A stretch of 40,887 nt of DNA from Sphaeroforma arctica JP610 (taxonomy: Eukaryota), in the NCBI RefSeq assembly GCF_001186125.1, contig NW_014040528.1, positions 1 to 40,887 on the forward strand. Direction: 5' to 3'. This document shows positions 36,831-40,887 of this stretch, one piece after another. A program made the translations under genes and the position numbers. Position 1 is the first letter of the stretch. Every line of letters begins with the position of its first letter. A model generated the notes under the pieces. That model was not told where the DNA came from. It did no database searches and saw only the letters and a program-made list of their open reading frames with translations.

Positions 36831-39800
36831 GATTTTATGCAATTGAGCTGATCTACAACACATACCAAGCATTCAACTCTGGCGAATGGTATTAGGTAAC
36901 ACGGGAAGAAGTCGAGAGTCTTCTTCGCCAGAAAGAAGCTATATTCGTGGTGATTGCAAATTAAAGAGAGCGAGGACAATAAATACATAATCATAAATAT
37001 TAAATACGTACAGTACATATACTATGGTATCGTGTAGGGTTTTTAGACCCTAAACCCCTAAAAGCGTAGGTGGTGAATGTAGGTGGCTCTTACAATGGTG
37101 GTAAATTTAGGTGGCTCTATCTGTAGGTGGCGGTTTAAGCGGCTGTTACAGGGGTGGCATTAAGATTTCTCGAGAACTTGTGTTTTAACACTCAAGTTGA
37201 CTCAACTGTCAAGTCACTAAAATAAATAAATATGTACTCAACTCTCAAAGTGTCCTAATCTGAGATTCTGAGCCCTGAGGACTGAGAGACTTTGAGACTT
37301 CAGCATTCAGAAGTTCAGCCTGTTCCGGAATCAGGATTTCAGGCCCAGGGCATTCGGCCCTTGGTTAAATATAGGTTCAGGGCCAAGCCTCAGTGCAGAG
37401 TGCAGAGTGCAGATCCAGGTCTACAGACAGCAGAAAAACAAACTCTTTTTGCTTTTTATTTTTGTAATAGAACACTCTAAAATTGAAGAAGAAGAAAAAG
37501 TAAATAAGTACATAAATACTCTTGTTCAATTTATTATTTAGGAGGCTATGAAATAGGGTTTAGGGTTTTAGTCGTACAGTCCGAGACTCTAAAGTCTGAG
37601 TCATACATAAAACTAAAAACTGGACCTCTGAAAAGAACATAAAAACCCCATAAAATTTAATATTAATAAAATATATATATAGCTTGACTGTAATTTAGAA
37701 GGCTATGTATTTTTAATATAACACTGAGACATAAATTTTTTATAAATTTTATTGAGTGGGTTATGATGAGTTATGACTCCATATCGGGTTTTTTCTATTT
37801 TTATGTTTTTGAATTCTTACATAAAACAATAAAAACCCAACCAGATCGAATAGCCAACATCCCCAAATGCCCAATCAAAAAAAGATCGGAGAGGGCATAA
37901 ATCATAATCGATACATACTGGAGTGAAAAAGAATGTCCGATTGCCGATTTTTTAGATAGAGAGTAGGCTGCAGACCGCTACAAGGCACAAGGTGTTGGAC
38001 TGTTGGTCTGTGGCCCGTGGGCTGGAGTTTAGGGTTTTTATTTAAACGTAAACGCAAAAAGTTTTGTTTCTCACGCGTTTTAAAGTATATCGGGGGCAAA
38101 TCGACCATGAAATTTTTCCAAATTTGCACTTGAGAAATTGACCTTTATTAAAATGAAAGGGCGTTTTGAAACTATTCACAACTGATATAAAGTGGAAAAT
38201 AGGACAATTCGTGAAACTTAAGCCGCCTCAAAAAATAGTATATGGATAAACTTTTAACGTAAAAGCTTAATTACTTATTTTGCGTTTAAACGGGAAACGT
38301 AATGAGATAAGCCCGTGGGTGAGACTTCGAGGCGGAGTAGGCACTGGTGGGTAGTTGGCCTACTTGGCAAGTTGGCCTACTTGGCAAGTTGGCACTTGGC
38401 ACTTGGCACTTTCGAGTTTAGAAGGAACTTTTTAGTCTCTTTTTTTTAAAGTTTCACTCATTCAGTCATTCACTGTTTCACACTTTCAAACATTCAGCAA
38501 TCAACAATTCAGCCTGGTTTCAGCGGTTTCAGGTTTGACTATCTGCTCGAGTGTTTGACAGTTTGTGTCTTTGTGAGTTTGACTGTTTGGTGACTTGTAA
38601 TCAATAATTATTTCTCACAATCTCTCTCTCTTCTTGTGTGTTTGTGTATTTATTAGTAGTAAATGAGAGAGTAGTACTCAACTACTCGGTAGTATTTTCA
38701 ACTGGTTAAACTCAGTGGCCAACGGGAACTGGTCAGCGACGGTATTTGTATTTTTATTTTTTATTTTTTGATCCCACTCGACTTATCAAGGAGACTGGAC
38801 TCAGGAGAGAGCATACATAATAAATAAAATATAATTAGCCTTCCTGGAGCCGTGGCCAGTGGGGCGGCTGGGGACCTTTATAGGCTTCGTCTCACTGATC
38901 AGCGAGAACTATTCGCTATTGTAAATACGACGTCATACAATACTTATAAAAGTGACTCACTTCATCAAAAATCTTAAATCTGCCATAGATAACTGAATGA
39001 TAAATAGTAAAATCAAGGCGGAGTGCGAATTTGCGAAACTGCGAGTCTCAAATTCTCAATCACTCTCACATGCCGAGGAGAGTCAGAAGACTGGAGATTG
39101 GAGAGTCGACCGCAAATAAGCGATCCGTTAAACGTTGAAAATCAAACGTATACTTTCATTTCAATGTACCGTTTATATTGTTTAGGTAGGCCCCCACTCT
39201 CCACTTTCCACTCCCCAATCCTCACTCCCCCCAGAACCCAAGCCAGAGGCCCAGACGGACCCCAGATAGTCTCCAGTCTCCAGTCCCCAGTCCCCAGTCC
39301 CCAGTCCCCATTCTAAACTCACCGTTCCCCACTCAGCTAAATCCAATACGTTGAAAGTTGCAACTTTTATTACTATTTATGTCTCGAAGATAGGTGCATT
39401 TGACAGAGGATACTACTCTCTATGTCTCAAATCTCAGCCCTCAGCCGGCGGGGCCTGAGGTGACAAAATATAAATCGATTTGACCCGAATAAAAGTTGTA
39501 ACGTATCTTTTTTTTCTTTCTTTTTTTTAAACCTCTTTTTTTTATGAAAACAAAAGTTGTAAAACTTTTATGTTGTTGTTTTGTTTTTTAAAATAAAAAC
39601 TATATATTTATTTATTTTAAATATGTATACATATTTAGGTGCATAACTTTTATTAGGTCCCCAGTGGGCCCAGTCCCCACTCCCCACTCCCCAGTCCCAA
39701 TGTCAGTGAGCCTGAGTCTCTGAAAGTACAGCCTACAGTGTAGAGACTATAATCTCTAAATGTACTACAGATTTAGCACAATTCAGATAAATACAGTACA

Positions 39801-39982
39801 GTAAATACATACTCTATGGGTAAAATAAATGAAAAATCATATTTAGATATCTGTCTCCTGTTCAACAACACTGCAGACAACTGATATAGACCAATAGAAT
39901 ACAATAGAGACTTCTTTACCACAGAAAATGTTGGCCGTTTTTCGAAATGCTTGAAAGAAGGAAAATTTTCATTTTTGATGTA

Positions 39983-40260
39983 TGTAAAACTCGCGGGTTT
40001 TTGACACGAAAGTAAAACTGGCACGTACGCGAAAGTAAAACTGGCACGTACACGAAAGAAAAACCGACAGCCTGGACTTGCGCGCGCCAAAACCTGAGGC
40101 GCCAACCAGAACTGCCTAGTTCCAGGAAACGTATAAATAGGCTGGGATAGTTGTTCGCTAGTTCAATTTACTAACGTGAAGCTTTGCGATCAACCTAAGT
40201 TTAATAAACTTTGCTTACAAACCATTTCCTGCTCTCGTGCCGAACCTCGTAGGCCTTACA
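39983..40260 (+). mobile_element. 5' LTR (278 bp) of an LTR retrotransposon
   Basis: TGTAA...TTACA termini, 23-bp tandem repeats in U3 (40006-40064), TATAAATA at 40132, AATAAA at 40203, followed by a gag-like ORF. The second LTR is outside the window. Confidence 0.7.
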
Positions 40261-40320
40261 CTTAAACTAAGGTCTGCTAAAGCTTCCCTTATAGTGGAGT
40301 ATACTATATCTGTTACTAAA

Positions 40321-40887
40321 ATGGACAAACAACCTATAAATTCCGTTAAGATCAAGGATGATACACCCTACGTTCTTCGATTTGATCCAGAGCGTCCTAT
40401 TGTCCCCTGGGTCTGCAAAGTTCATACCTAGATTGAACTTAAGCCGATTCGTAGCTTTGATGATTGTTCTACCAGCTCTGGCCGCAGTGCAAAGATTAAT
40501 GCACTCATGAAGCTCGTCGATATATCTTACTGGCATCTTATTGAGCCAACCATTGGACCATCTACAACTCCATGTGCAGGAGTACATTGCCATTGTGCTA
40601 ACCCAGTTCGGGCCAATGCCCAACTTGTTTTTCGACTGGGTCATGATTCTCAGAACTACCGAATTGTCTCTCAACTTACTGGCCCTGATGGTGGTGTTCC
40701 CCACTTTCGCATTATGTGGCTCCGTGAGTTCGATAAACTCATGGGATGAGTTGCAATTATGCTTTCTTACCGAACCTTCGAGGATATTGGGAATTGCTGG
40801 CCGCGTACCTCTAGAAGCCAAGGCTATTCTGGATTCTCCCCAATCTCGTCGTTCTCCTTTGGAATTGCGAGCTGATCAAACACGTCT
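40321..40887 (+). pseudogene. Disrupted gag-like ORF of a Ty3/gypsy-like element (partial)
   Basis: aaaATG at 40321, in-frame TAG at 40429, frame continues through ..SQLTGP...MWLREF; after a frameshift it reads INSWDELQLCFLTE, resembling the retrotransposon gag motif LxG...W....IxSWxEL...F. Confidence 0.55.

Larger units (their letters stand above)
35204..37171. mobile_element. Non-autonomous TIR DNA transposon, Mutator/foldback-like, about 2 kb including a gap
   Basis: 106-bp terminal inverted repeats 35204-35309 and 37066-37171 (8 mismatches by manual alignment), starting GAGAAATCTTAATGCCACC and built of repeated GCCACCTA motifs. No target-site duplication seen. Confidence 0.85.

Noticed and set aside
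39481..39661. Weak inverted repeat (gacc..aataaaagtt) suggesting a MITE
   Set aside because: Short and imperfect, with no target-site duplication.
40267..40821. 184-aa minus-strand ORF
   Set aside because: Antisense to the gag-like frame that fits the LTR orientation; no recognisable motif.

Overview
Draft-assembly window (gaps at 1922-2323, 7062-7081, 35735-36244) from an intron-rich eukaryote with GT-AG introns full of AT/GT microsatellites. The animal-like SETD2 SRI domain suggests a holozoan, possibly unicellular (inference only). It contains: (1) part of a + strand multi-exon gene for a long, segmented coiled-coil protein (550-6918; 5' end upstream of the window, 3' end lost at a gap); (2) a complete 18-exon SET2/SETD2 H3K36 methyltransferase gene (10965-27427, about 1754 aa; AWS-SET-postSET-TFIIS-N-like-WW-SRI); (3) a convergent intronless gene of about 1778 aa (28668-34004, - strand) ending in a PHACTR/Bni4-type PP1-binding domain; (4) a transposon-rich right end with a 2-kb Mutator-like element (106-bp TIRs, OTU-protease-like cargo), a zone of ~7-nt micro-duplications, and the 5' LTR plus broken gag of a gypsy-like retrotransposon with no tRNA primer site. 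The most striking pattern is that many tandem duplications are anchored on functional boundaries (splice donors, acceptors, a stop codon), leaving arrays of decoy splice sites, one of which stays in frame.
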